64,000 bases of DNA from a virus (taxonomy: Duplodnaviria; Caudoviricetes): positions 68,320 through 132,319 of IMG/VR virus record IMGVR_UViG_3300021399_000115. The stretch is one strand, 5' to 3'. The position numbers and the translations under genes are program-made. Below, piece by piece: positions 9,301 to 21,837 of this stretch. Each line of letters begins with the position of its first letter. Positions within the stretch are counted from its first letter, which is position 1. Below the pieces are notes generated by a model, which searched no databases, had not been told where the DNA came from, and worked only from the letters and a program-made list of their open reading frames with translations.

Positions 9301-12300
9301 GTTTGTCAAAAACGCAATTGCTTTATACATATTTTTAACCTCTCTTTCATTACATCCAGTAATCAATTGCCTCGTCATCGTCCAAGCGCAAAGTGTTAAT
9401 CTCTTTTTCAATTGCAAACACATTTCCGCGAGGAAAGTGTTTCTGTAAATCTTCCTTTGCCTGGTCGATGAACTCTGCTTCAAATAAGCCGTAATTATAA
9501 GTGAATCGACCGATTGTAATAAATAATTCGTACACCTATATCACCTCACATTCATGCGGTTCCCATTGCTCTATACACTTCATCATATGTAGAGTTCGTG
9601 ATTTTCGCTACAAATTCACACGCTGCTACGGTGTCCATGTATAATTTCCCGCGCTCCGTTGAGAGTTCTTTTAATGCGTTAATAAGTTCTTCATAAGTAA
9701 ACGTAAATTCTTTCATACTACCATCTCCTTTTAAATAACCGTTTTATTAGTGATAAAACCCATACAAACATCTGAGTTCTTCCAACATGTCATCATCATC
9801 GGCAAGACTCACCTTGTAAGCCGGAATATCATACTGCTCATGTCCAATATCCTGGATTGTGATGATGTCGTTATTAATTTCCATTACAACGCCCATATAG
9901 TAGGCATCGTCCGATTTATCCCAGAATGTTACAATATCGCCCGTCTGCATAATTCCATCTCCCTTCAAATCGTTGTTTGATCAAACTCGGTTTTCATTGT
10001 TAGTCAATCCAGATTCTTTCTTTTACAAGTTCAGACGTATCCATGTCTTCCAGTTCTCCATAGAATTCCCTCACCTTAGCCGCTGTTTCCACATCACCGG
10101 ATTCCTTTAATAAGTCAGCGACAAAATAAACCATGTTATCCATATAAGAGCGGCTCGGAATGTCGATGTATCTTTCATTAGCGCGAACCGCTTTTTTAAT
10201 TCCTTTTGCTGTAATCATCCATGTTATCTCCTTGTATAAGAGTTACCGGTTCCAAATTCGCCGAGTACATTTGTCTTGTACATTATCGGGCTAAGCGTAT
10301 GATGCTTAAACTTGGGAACGGTTTCATCATACTCTTTAATAAAATTTTCAAGTGTGTCATGGCTACTTTCCATCAGGCGGTCAAATAGTAACTTGCCTTC
10401 CGGATAGTTAGTAATTGACAGTGACAATTCCGTTGGTGGCATCCCGTTATACTCGTCAAGCGGAACTTCGAAATAAAGTCCCGTTACAATCCGGCGTTCT
10501 GGGTCAATCATCGCCGTGGCATCAAGCCACATGTCAACATAAGTGCTATCTAAATCCAAACCAAGAAAATCCAGAACTCTGTTTCTCATTGAATAGCCGG
10601 GATGAAAATCAACCACCACTCGTTTCTGTTCCTCGTCATAAACCCACAACGTATCCATGTCGATTTCCAATGAGTTGATTTCTGTTTCTCTAAATGTCAT
10701 AGTATCATCTCCTTTTATCTGTATGCTTGAATTGTAAGATACACTCTTGTTCCGTCGTTGAGGTCAATTACTACTCCTCTATCCATTGTGAGAAGATCTG
10801 CTTCCTCGAATGTCTGGACATCTTCTACCTCTGGGAAAAGAACGTCTTCATCATAATCGGCTTCGATGTAGCTATTATTCTTAATAGCTTCTACGATAGA
10901 TTCTTCAATTTCCTTTTCGTAATCCATGCTTATTCCTCCCATGTTTCGACTTCGCTATCCCAGCTATTTACAATGTTCTTAATTACTCCGGCGGTTTCCA
11001 GTCGTTCGAAGTAATCAAGCAAATCTCCCTGAAGATCTCCATATACCATTCCGTAAATGATTGCAGAACTATCGGTGTCATTGTTTTCTACTTTCTGCTT
11101 TTCGCTCTCGGGGATTTCTCTGACCCCATATCTCTCAAGGAAATCCTCAAAGATTTCAATGAGGTCGTTGATGTTGTCTAGTGTAAAGTACTTATTTGCG
11201 TTTGCCATAGTTACCACCACTCCTTATAATCTTTAAGAACCTCGTCTATAGTTGCCTTATTCTGCCGGCGAAATCCACCCTTGGGAGTGCCAACATGACA
11301 CGTTACTCCGTTATCAAACACCATCCGCTGCCGCCACATGTAGTGACGGTCGGCGGTATGTTTGACATCGAGGAGTTTGTGTGGGTTTCTGTTATTTCGG
11401 TAGGTCGTTACTCTCATGTGGCGGTCTCCTTTCGTTTAATAATTCATCGGACATTCACTCCATCCAATGTTGTCACAGTAGTACGGAATTCCGTCAAGTA
11501 CTACAACATCTGACATACTAAGTGATCTTCCGCAATATTGATTCGGACGTTCGTCTGTATTGAATATAACAAACAGTCTTTCAAGCGCACCGTTTACCGT
11601 TTCGCTTGATATTTTTCCGCGCCAAACAGGAACGTAATCAGCCATCTGCCAGTTATGGTTCATAGCGAAATCAAAATCTCTGAATGTGTAGCTCACGCTC
11701 ATCGGCGCCATGTAGATTATGTATTCTCTCACTTTCATATGATTAATCCTCCCTTGCACAAATAGTGTAAAATTCTGCATCGAGAATAATTTCGCCGGTA
11801 TCCATATCTTCAAGTGAGATATTTGCTGGGTCATCAATGTCACCGTAAATCGCAATTTCTACCTTATGACCAAAATGAGATTTAAGGATGTTCCACAGTA
11901 ATTCGTTATCCATCACCATTTCTCCTCTCCGTTCAATAAACGCTGTACATATTCTTCTCTCCAGCTACAATATTCTTCCCACGGTACTGTCGGGAAATGT
12001 TCATCTGCGTCATTTCGGTACACCTGGCAGTTTCTCCAGTTGCTGCAAATCATGGTGGGTATATCGTCCATCTCGGAGTCCGGCATCGCTTCCTCTCCGT
12101 ATGGACAATTCTCACATTCCGTGGGATAGAACTGAAGTTCATTGCAACCATCAATATATTTCTGACGGCGGTACGATTTGTTTTTCTCGTACCATGTCAG
12201 CCGTTCCATTTCCTTTTCCACTTCGTGGGCTTCGTCTTCCCAGCGACTACGGTTATATTCGGGTACGCAATTCGGAATACTACAATTCATAATTCTCATG

Positions 12301-12817
12301 ATACCATCTCCCTTCTTAATAGTTCATCATCAAGCAACCAAGGGGATAATGCCCCTTGACCGCATAGATTTCAATCATGTCACCAGAATCCTCAAGCCGA
12401 ACTCTCCGGCGGTCGGAAGTACCGAGGAATCCAATCGACTCAAGGTACTGGAGAATGTCCTTTTCGTTTGCGTCCTCAGTGATATTGAGGTCGTCTACCT
12501 CAACGCACTGGTTGTTTACAAAGTAACCGTCGTCTGCGTTTCCCCAGACGTCGAAGTAGTTGATTAACGACCATTTGTTAGCTTTGATATTTATCATGGT
12601 ATCATCTCCCTCTCCGCTACGTCGTTTTCAAGATCATTTAACACATCAAGTGCAACTTCCATACGATCAATTTCATAAATTGCGTATGGATAATTTGCCT
12701 TGTAATGATTAAGTTTCTCGGTTAATAAACTAACCGTCTGCTGAACATCTGCGAGTTCAATGTCGGTGGAATAAATAAATTCCATTGTGGCAGCCTCCCT
12801 TCAAATCCGACTTTTAT
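6396..12817 (-). repeat. Dispersed quasi-palindromic intergenic sites AT(A/G)AA-N6/7-TTT(G/A)A
   Basis: Sites at 6396-6413, 6843-6860, 7523-7540, 7713-7729, 8101-8118, 8987-9004, 9730-9747, 9964-9981, 9980-9997, 12800-12817, plus a half-site at 7284-7289. Confidence 0.85.
11436..11738 (-). CDS. YodL-domain protein
   Basis: LERLFVIFNTDERPNQYCGRSLSMSDVVVLDG..YYCDNIGW matches the YodL pattern; start MKVREY after RBS GGAGG. Confidence 0.8.
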   Translation of the reverse strand: MKVREYIIYMAPMSVSYTFRDFDFAMNHNWQMADYVPVWRGKISSETVNGALERLFVIFNTDERPNQYCGRSLSMSDVVVLDGIPYYCDNIGWSECPMNY

Positions 12818-13428
12818 CAAATCCACTCGTCAACATGGAATGCTCTGTCGGCGAGATACACATCGTCGGTTACCGCATCTCTATTCGCTCCCACAACCAT
12901 TTCAGTTGCATCAAGGATGCTCATCATGTGAGTCGGAACAATCATCAGTTCATGGATGCTGCTCGGAAGAATGTAAAAGTCTCCGAGTTTCTCTTTGATA
13001 GCAGCCAACACATACTTATTCAGGAGTATCCCGGCTCCGTTTGCAAGTTCATCATTAGTGAGTATAATCATCGGTTCATCCCAGGCGGTGAACTCATCTA
13101 CGTGTTTCATGAAATCACCGAAGCCTGCAACGGTAAGCTGTGCATCCAACATGGTGCCAAGTCTTGCTTTCTCCGCAATATTTGCTTTCGCTATTGCAAT
13201 CTGGCGAGGAGTGACTTCCGCCGGGAACGCAAGCGCACCATCAAGGTTGTATGCAATATAGAAGTAAATACCATTTTTTACTTCGATCGGCTCAATAGCA
13301 TCATTTTTGCGGTTCTTGTAGCTGCGCGCTACAATGATGAGATTCTCGTTGGTAGCGGTTTCCATCATGTTTGTGAGTTCTTTGTGCATCGGGTTGCTTT
13401 CGTCAATGTTAATAACTTTGTTAATCAT
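12817..13428 (-). CDS. DUF5688-like protein
   Basis: ILTN...NGAGIL...LGDFYILPSSIHELMIVP...EMV...N motif. Confidence 0.7.
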   Translation of the reverse strand: MINKVINIDESNPMHKELTNMMETATNENLIIVARSYKNRKNDAIEPIEVKNGIYFYIAYNLDGALAFPAEVTPRQIAIAKANIAEKARLGTMLDAQLTVAGFGDFMKHVDEFTAWDEPMIILTNDELANGAGILLNKYVLAAIKEKLGDFYILPSSIHELMIVPTHMMSILDATEMVVGANRDAVTDDVYLADRAFHVDEWI

Positions 13429-13445
13429 GGTCGTTTCTCCCTTCT

Positions 13446-16443
13446 TTAATAAATTGATAAGTCAAGTGGCATAAACCAGTGCCACTCACCGCCCTGGCGA
13501 TTAATCCGTTTCCTTCGGACTATCCAAGTTCGTATAGTACAACAGTTGTTTGTCGCTATAGCGTACTCATACTGCCCGTGTTGGACAGTATTTTCGCGGT
13601 TTGCCTTGTAGGCGTTGTATATCCGCCGCTGAAATTCAAGTGTCATCGTTCGTCACCTCCCAGCTCTCTTCTAAACCGGAAGCGCTGAACTCATTGTTAT
13701 CATCTCGAAGCCAGATCTCTTCCTTTCTCATGGTTACCATCTGATATTTTCCCGAAGCAATCAGCTTAGCCATTCGCTTCTGTGCATTTGCCTTTGTTTT
13801 ATAAAGGCGGTCATCGGCTACTCCCCAAGTAGTTTTGTCTTCCCACATATGAAGTTGATAGTAGGTGACTTCCTTTACGGGATACGTGGACAGCTGCTGT
13901 TTAATAGTCATAATATCCTCCTTAATGATCGGTCCCGCGACCGACCGAGTAAACGTAACCGGTTTCTTTATCCACAATCTCCATACGGAGTGCGTCACAT
14001 CTGCCGTCCTCATCTTTGCAACACCAAGTTCCATTGAATTCACACTCAATGGGTGCATTGGCCGCGGAGATTAAGTAAATGCGGTCGATTTCCACATCAT
14101 AGCAATCATCCATATCCATGGTATTAAAAATCTGATTGCCGGTATAAATCTGTGGGTCTTTAAGTTCTCCGTCGATTTTGTAGGTTACTAAATACCTTAA
14201 CATTCTATCACCCTACCTTCCTGATGATGTTGTTAACAACCACAACACGCTCAACCGTGAACTTGGTTATCTCATCATGATTTGCCTTGGCAATTAATCT
14301 GTAGTTCTTAGCGATTAAATTCGCTGCGAACTCCGATGAGTGAACCGGGACATATTCCCGTCGGTTTCCGTAATCAATTACGACACGCCAATACATCAGT
14401 ATTCCTCCCTTCCGAGGTTAATCTGGGTGATGAGAACGTCGATGATTAAATCGACCGTTTTGTTCTCGAGATCACTCATTAGAATTCCGTTTGCAAGACT
14501 GATATAACCATCGGCTATTTCAAGTTCTTCCTGGTGTTTAAGGAAGATATCAGTGATTGCTTCGTCAAGTTCTCCCTTGATTGTATCTTTCAGTTCTTTA
14601 TATTTATCGTTAGTCATAATATTTGCCTCCTTAATCACTGCAAAATCTCAGCCTGTTATCATAGTACGTAACAGCCGCCTGAAGTCTATTCCAAGTGGAC
14701 GGCTCGTTTCTGTTGCACTCCGGAATTTTTCCGGCTTTAATAGACAAATCAACAAGATTACGGAACGCTGCGACGTTCTCATCATCGTTCCATTTGAGCG
14801 AACCGTACTCTGTGGCGAAGTCGGTAATCGCATCATACAGTTTTCTGTTCTTCATAACGATCTCCTTTAATAAATCATCCAAACACTGCTCTCAGCATTT
14901 TCTGACGTGCCTTTTCGTAACGCACGTTGTTTCCCTCGTTTGCCTTAGCCGCAGATTCCACATCATAAATAATGGAATCAATAACCACTTCACTCACCAG
15001 AAAATCCCTGGCGAGTAACCGGAACTGCTGTTTCCATTTGATTTTCGCCGGGTTGCTGTAGGCTTTACAATATAGAGTGTCTACGCAAGTCATCGGTCTT
15101 GCTCCTCTGTTACGGGCAATCTGCTTAGTAGTAATCATTCAAGCCTCCCCCTTCTGAATGTGTCAAATACCTTCTCCGCATTACATGTTTTAATAAATTC
15201 CTTATAGATGGAGAGTTCCTTTTCCAAGCTATCAACAGTTTCCTCAAGCGAGTCAATTCGCTTGTTAATATTCTCCTGGATCATGTTCCGCAATATCGGA
15301 ACTGTGTCACCCGGGATTTCCGTTGTAGCTTCTGCTCCATGGTGTCCGTCCTCGGTGGTAATCCACATGAACAGCTTTGCCATGTCGGCATGTGGATCAA
15401 GAGTACGAAGCAATAGCTGACGGATGGCTAATCCGAGAGAATCTGTTTGATACTCATTCATTAACTCCCAAGGGTCGGGACCATCGGTATCTTTCTGCGA
15501 ACTCTCATAAGCGGCGGAGTTCTCTTCCGGCAACCATTCAACTGAGTAACCGACAGTTAACTTCGCATCGTTATAACCGGAGCGGTTCTTCGGCGTGATA
15601 GAATCGTACACCGGAGTTGCGGTCAATGGGTTTTCCTTTTGGATTTGAGCAATCTGCCCAAACTGATCTTTAGTATGAAGTTCCCACATGGTTTTTTCTC
15701 CTTATGCTACCTTATTGATGGCTTCATTAAGTTTATCGGCTATCCATGTAGCTCCTATATCTTCATATTTATCTTTTACTAGCAAACGAAGATAAGCAAT
15801 GGCATTTTCCTTTGTTGTGAAATAATGTCCCTGTCCCCATGAATCACGATCTGGGCGGTATGCCCATGCAGCTACCCACGGTGTACATATATTGTCTGGC
15901 CAGTGGACAAGAATATAGTTGAGTTCTGGGAGATTAAGAATGATTTCTTTCATGGTGTGTTCTCCTTTAATAAATAATTATAATCAAGGACTTCTCTTTG
16001 TCAAGAGTATTTTTTGCCCTTCGTGATGCTCCTTACCGGTTTGCAGAACGGACACGGTTTGCCTTTGGGATATGGAGTGTCAAGAATAAGGCATCCGCCG
16101 AATTCTTTTGCAAAGCACTTACGCTCGTCATTACATTTTGTTGTTTTTTCTGCTTTCATTAGATTGCTCCTTTCGCTTTGAGAAAATGTTTAAACACAGT
16201 TGTGATGTGAGTGTCGTTACAGTCATATTGTTTGTACCACTCACAGATTTCTTCCGGGCGGAATAATGCGTTTTTGAGAACGTTCGCCGCCCAGGTGGTG
16301 AAGTCCTTTGTGTACCAATGATTGGATTTGCCTTCCGCAAGGAAATAGCGGAATTCTTTATCCTTGACATAGAGCGAATATCTACGCTCAATTTCCGGTA
16401 ACAAGTTTTTTAGCTTCATTGTATCATCTCCTTGATTAATCAT
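13446..16443 (-). other. Cluster of small hypothetical genes (13446-13646, 13922-14203, 14208-14396, 14396-14638, 14631-14882, 14875-15138, 15135-15689, 15702-15953, 16159-16419)
   Basis: Co-oriented ORFs with overlapping stops and starts and SD motifs; no recognisable family. Confidence 0.65.
15977..16004 (-). promoter_or_regulatory. sigma-A type promoter
   Basis: Minus strand TTGACA-N16-TATAAT upstream of 15953. Confidence 0.6.
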
Positions 16444-16508
16444 TCTCCCTTATGGTTACATTGAAGCCGGAGAGCGTTATTCTCACCGGCTTTATCTAAC
16501 TACAAGGA

Positions 16509-17387
16509 TTAGGCAACCTTGATTCGTTTTCCCTTGGAATCAAACTTAACTGTCTGCCCGGTTTCTTCTACAATAAAATCCTGAAGGTATAATGTGAGGG
16601 ACGCTCTCCATCCTCTTTCGGGATATGCCGCAGCTCCTTTCGCTATTAGAAGATTGGGATTTGTTTTCCTCATGAATCCGCCGAGGAGATCAATAACATC
16701 CGGATAAGCCTGGATAATATTTGCTACCGGTATCATTATCCTCGAGCTAAGTCCGTTTCCCTCTTCCATGTAGCCGGCTTTATCCAGTACACGGAATGTA
16801 TCTTTAAGAATGTCAACCCCTTTCTCTTTTGCAATTCCGTATGTAGCGCTGTAAGACCCCAGCACTCTTGCATGTCGCTGACCGCTTACCTCGACAATCT
16901 CAACTCTATTCTGTTTGCAGAGATCTTCGACAGCAATAGCAATCTGATCATTGTCAAGAACTCTTGCCTTGTGCATCTGTACCGGTTTTACGGTTTCAAG
17001 ACAATCATTCTGATGAAGGAATAATCTTGCTTCAAAAATCCGTCTCTCTTCCGGATCTGCCGGACCGTCTATAATTACGCAGTTGAGAGACGTAATCCCT
17101 TTCTGTTTGGCAGCGGTCAATCTCCCTAATCCATCCACTACTGAGAATTTGTATTCTTCCGGATGCGGAACTACACGAAGAGGATCCATCTGGTTGTCAT
17201 CCCATTCCCTTACAAGACGGGATACCTTGTTTTTGTTACGAGTTTCGATTCGCTGGTATTCGGGATCAATAGTCAGCAGAATCGTATTGATGTATGCGTT
17301 TTTCTTAGTGCCGCAAATTGACACGTTGTTCATAACAGAGATATACAGTTCCTTTTCCAGATTTACAGTTGTTGCCATATTTACCAC
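16509..17387 (-). CDS. ParB/Srx-superfamily protein (DUF6551-like)
   Basis: IDPEYQR...VVDGLGRLTAA motif. Confidence 0.75.
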   Translation of the reverse strand: MVNMATTVNLEKELYISVMNNVSICGTKKNAYINTILLTIDPEYQRIETRNKNKVSRLVREWDDNQMDPLRVVPHPEEYKFSVVDGLGRLTAAKQKGITSLNCVIIDGPADPEERRIFEARLFLHQNDCLETVKPVQMHKARVLDNDQIAIAVEDLCKQNRVEIVEVSGQRHARVLGSYSATYGIAKEKGVDILKDTFRVLDKAGYMEEGNGLSSRIMIPVANIIQAYPDVIDLLGGFMRKTNPNLLIAKGAAAYPERGWRASLTLYLQDFIVEETGQTVKFDSKGKRIKVA

Positions 17388-17409
17388 CTATATCCTTTCT
17401 CTTTAATAA

Positions 17410-20400
17410 TTAGTTAATAGCCCAAGTACCAACCTTGTTTCCCTTGAGGTTAAGAATCATATCAGTTACTTCCCGGAGCAGTGCCGGCTCCAACACTTCC
17501 TCATCACACATAGTGTCCATAAAGAAGTTGACGGCGGTCTTTTTAACTGCCCAGTAAATATCATTGTATGTTTCCATTAGCTTGAAGTATGGTTTCTTCA
17601 AGCAGTAATTTAATAACTGATTAGCCACATTTACCACCTCGCTTTCCCTTGAGGCTAATTGCGTTACGCTGAAACTCTAACCCAATGCCGACTGCTCCGA
17701 CAAGACAGCCGAGGATAAATCCTAAGCCGAATAGTGCCATAATATTCTCCCTTCTTAGTTAATCCAAGTTTTTGTCTTGCAGTCAAACGTCGCACCGTTT
17801 CCGTCCTGGTACGGATTGTCCTTTGAATAGCGGAAAATCCACAAGCGGTGACCGCTTACTGTGCGGATTTCCATTGTGCCATTATCCATTGCATAACGTT
17901 CCCGGTATCCACCGGCTTCGTATGCATCCTTTTTCGTTACTATCTGTGTAGGCATAGACTCATCTCCCTTCTTAATAATTAACGCGGAATGTATGGACAC
18001 GCTCCGCATCATCAATCAGTTCCTTGTACGTATGAGAACGGATTGTAATTGTTTTATCTGTGTACTTTACGAGACTCCATGTCTCATATTTACTAAGAAG
18101 GTGTGCTACTCGCGGATTTGCCTTGATGTGGGACTGGTAAATCCGGTTAAAGTAATCACGGGCGACCTCATGATAGATGCGGTTTCGCTCTGCGGTACGT
18201 TTCGGGACGTCGGTATAGTCATCCATCAGATTGTATTTCCGTTTGGGATTGCCGGAATGTACACGGTACCCAGCCAACCAAGGCAGAATAACCACGTCCG
18301 TAAAGCTACACCCAAGGTTCTCGTTTACTAGCTTGAGAATGTTTGCCTTGGTATAGGACAAACCGGTTCTCTTACGTTCAATAGGGTGAATGTATGTATT
18401 GCAATCTCCGTTTCCATTGTGAATCTCAAAGCAGAAATCTACAATGATCATGTCCGAGCAAGTGTAGTAATAATCATGGTGGTTTCCTTTCTTCACAGCT
18501 CCCGGCGGTGCGTCATACCAGTGGTAATTCTCGCAGCCGGAAAATAACTCCAGATAGAATTCCCTTCCGTCATCGGTGCGGAATGCCGTACGGATACGGC
18601 AATTTTCTACATCGTTTACGTTGGTGCCTTCACATCCGGCGCCTTCGAAGTATAATGTTTTCATAGTGTCATCTCCCTTCTTAAATAAATAAGTCTGCGT
18701 ATCCGACGTATCTTGCATCGACCACGCGGTCATCGTAACAGTTACGCGGAGTTCCGTTGTCATCCATGATGGTGGCAACAAAATCTCCAGTAAACCAATC
18801 ACCGGAATCGTCAATCCACGACCAGGATCGACCGGCTCCGTCCTCAAAGGTAATTTCGTATTCCCCATCTGCCTTGGGGAGTACTTCCACTACTTCCCCC
18901 ATGTGGGGGTAGATTGTGGCGGAGACCTGGACTGTAATGGTGAGCGCCAAAAGTCCGGCGAGAATTGTTTTCTTCATAGTATTTCCCTCCATAATTATTT
19001 TTGCGGTTCATAACCACATCTATGGATACAAGGATAATGATTTCCCTAGCGGATTTCCCTTGCATCCACAGTCTGGTCGTGAACTAGATCTCCTTGAATC
19101 CGGCATCGCGGAGAGCGATGTACTTCTCCGCGAAATCCGGATAAGTGACAGACCACCGGTTTCCGTTCCAGATGCGGTAGCTTGCATCTGTGTTGATGGA
19201 GAACCGGACTATGGATTTCCCTTTGGACATAGTGAGGATCACTTCTCATCACCTCCAATCCCAAGGGTAAGGGTAAGGGAATCCCCTTCCTTATATCCCA
19301 ACTGTCCAAGGGTTACCTTCGGGACATAGATTGTCCCAATGATCGGAGCGGAAAACTCCGACTCTAACTGCTCGGAGAATCTCACCGTATTCTTGGTGAT
19401 TTTCTCGGGTACAAGGTTTACGGTTACGTTTGTGTTTTTAGCCATGGTTGGCTCCTTTCTCCCACACTATCGCAGTGGGCGCATCATTTGTTTATCTGTA
19501 ATACCGGGAATCTATCCTATCATACAGAACAGTCCCGTCCGGGTTAATGTAGGTTTCTCGAACGAGTTCCCCACATGTTTCCCAGGAGTCCCCGTACTCT
19601 TTTATTAACTTCCCGAGGTTATCCCCAAGATAATTAGTCTCTTTCATTTTCCACCCGCTCATAAACTCTTCGTAGACAGAAAGATCACCGTCCTCAAAGA
19701 GTTCGTGGTCGTAATCATCTGACCGAATATAATCTATCCCCACTTTGTTCCTTTCCGGGCGATAGTAGGCATATCTTTCGACAAGTTCTTTCCCGTCGTA
19801 GAAAGACTCTACACGAACATTATTCTTTTCCTCAATGATTTTTTTCATTATTACTCCTTCTCCCCGTCAAGCCGATAGGACAGCGTTATCTTTAATAGTT
19901 CATCTATGAGGACAAGACACGCTTCTCCTCATAGTCAACCATTAAACTACTCGACCCAGTAACCGCGATCGCGGTACGAGTTCGCCTGGGATTCTGTGAG
20001 TCGCATAACATGGAACTCACAAGTAAGTTTATTAGTTACTGTGAACCAGAATTTTGGCTCATGGCGTCGGAAAATACTCATACCATCACCCCCCCCCTCA
20101 ATCTTCCGGTTCGTTGGAGTCGTAATAGATGATGTCGCCGCGCTCTGCATACCCGTTGTTAGTAATATCGCGGACTATTGATCTGATATGTTCCGGGTAT
20201 TCCGGTGTGTCTCCCCAAACGGCCACCCGTTCGGAATACGTGTTTTTAGTTTTGTCCCATTCATCAATCATAATATACATAGTTTTCCTCCTCGTAATTT
20301 AACCCCTCGCATAACCCCAACACACCCGGAATCTGCACGTAGCTAAACTCCAAGCGGTTACCACGGTATACGGACAGGGTAAGTCTGCATGTTACAGTTT

Positions 20401-21837
20401 TCAACATGGTTTTTTCAACAGCAAGGGGAGCATGAGAACGGATTCCCACACTCCCCGGTTTGGACGGAGTTAGTCAACCTTTATTCTCCACCGGAACTTC
20501 TCCCCATGAGGGTCGGGTTCTGCGGTGGACGGTTCGACCTTGACAAAGTACCACGTTTTGAGGACATGATTCTTGCCGATGGTGACATCTACCGTGAGCC
20601 GGTAGACTCCGTCCGTAAGCTGTTGAAGGGTGAGCATGATAAACACCTCCCCCTTGTGCGTGGATTCATAGCCGGATTGTAACCGGTGGGGGATAAACCG
20701 TATCGGTTACGGACTATGCGCACATACCGATTGCCGAAGTGTTTCGGTAGCCGGTATCTGCGCATAGGCAGATAGGGACGGTTAGTCCGCGAGTTTATAC
20801 TCCGCGTCATCATCCCGGGATATTTCCTCATACTTGGTCTCTTGGTTAAAGATCGGTTCAACATCCACGCCCGGGGATTGAACCCGGCGCGAGTCCTACT
20901 GTGTGGAAGTGATATTACCGTCCGTATGCCGGCATCTTAAGCCAGTCATACCGGGTTTTACGTGTGGTGGCAAAGTATGCCGTACACACAAAGTTATTTG
21001 CGGACTCCTTAGCAGCCTTCGCAGCCTCCTTCTTAGCCTTAAGAATCTTTGCTTCCATCGATCTGTTTGCCATGATATTTTCCTCCTACTGGTTATTTGC
21101 AGAATCAGCCGGGACTATTCCCGTTGCCCGCCACCCGCGACGCGGACGCTTCTGCTATGAGTGGCATGAGGGGAGGCTTACGCCGCCTCCACCTCTTTTT
21201 TCTCCTCGTACACATGGAGGGTCAGATAACCTTCCTCGTCTGCGTCAAAGCATCCCTTCTCGAATACAGCGTACTCGATGAACGCCCGGATAACCATGTC
21301 CTTGAAGGTGTTCTTCGTCCAGTCGCCCAGCAGGTGTCCGGCTTCCGCAGACTTCCCGGTAGCCTTCTTTCCGCCAACTAACCAGTCACTTATACCGTCA
21401 CCGAGTTTCTCGATACCACGTTCTGTGCCACCAAGTCCAAGTTCCGCAAAGAACTCACTCAGTGCCACAATATAGGCGTCCCGGTCGGTCTTGCGGTTCT
21501 TGTAGCCCTCATAGAGGCTGTCCGGAACCAGTTTCGTAGCCTTCGCCTGAGCAAGACGGAGAGCCTTGCAACCCTCTTTGTAGTCATCCTCAGCCTCGGC
21601 AAGTAAGTTCTGTGCGTCCATGAGCGGATTGGCAGAAATCGCCTCATCCCAGTTCGAGCCGGCTTCAACCATTGCCTGCCGACGGTTCTTGATTTTGGTT
21701 ACTTCCTCTTCGCAGAGTGCGACAGCCTTCTTCAGGGTAGCTCTGGTGGTCTTTCCGGTGCGGATTGCATGATAGTAACTGCTCATTGCCTGAAGTGCTT
21801 CCTCTGTGATGTTCTGAATGTTAATATTTTTTGCCAT
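17410..21837 (-). other. Cluster of hypothetical genes at the start of the leftward arm (17410-17637, 17755-17955, 17972-18664, 18681-18977, 19084-19242, 19239-19445, 19492-19848, 20098-20280, 21178-21837)
   Basis: ORFs with SD motifs; 18681-18977 has a signal-peptide-like N-terminus (MKKTILAGLLALTITVQVSA); 19084-19242 ends in TAG. Confidence 0.65.

Larger units (their letters stand above)
6089..12817 (-). other. Array of about 25 small, tightly packed hypothetical genes (e.g. 6089-6382, 6410-6829, 6857-7267, 7285-7506, 7537-7698, 7726-7920, 7935-8087, 8115-8435, 8449-8679, 8698-8970, 8994-9179, 9160-9330, 9350-9535, 9552-9716, 9747-9950, 10000-10218, 10224-10700, 10715-10927, 10930-11220, 11211-11417, 11913-12299, 12316-12597, 12594-12785)
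   Basis: Co-oriented ORFs, most with a clear SD. The recurring MxGDDxM N-termini in the track are the translated RBS motif GGAGATGAT-N3-ATG, so starts were moved to the second Met. Confidence 0.75.

Noticed and set aside
6089-12817. CRISPR array or classical integron attC sites
   Set aside because: Repeats are short, degenerate and separated by whole ORFs; there are no GTTRRRY/RYYYAAC long hairpins and no cas genes.
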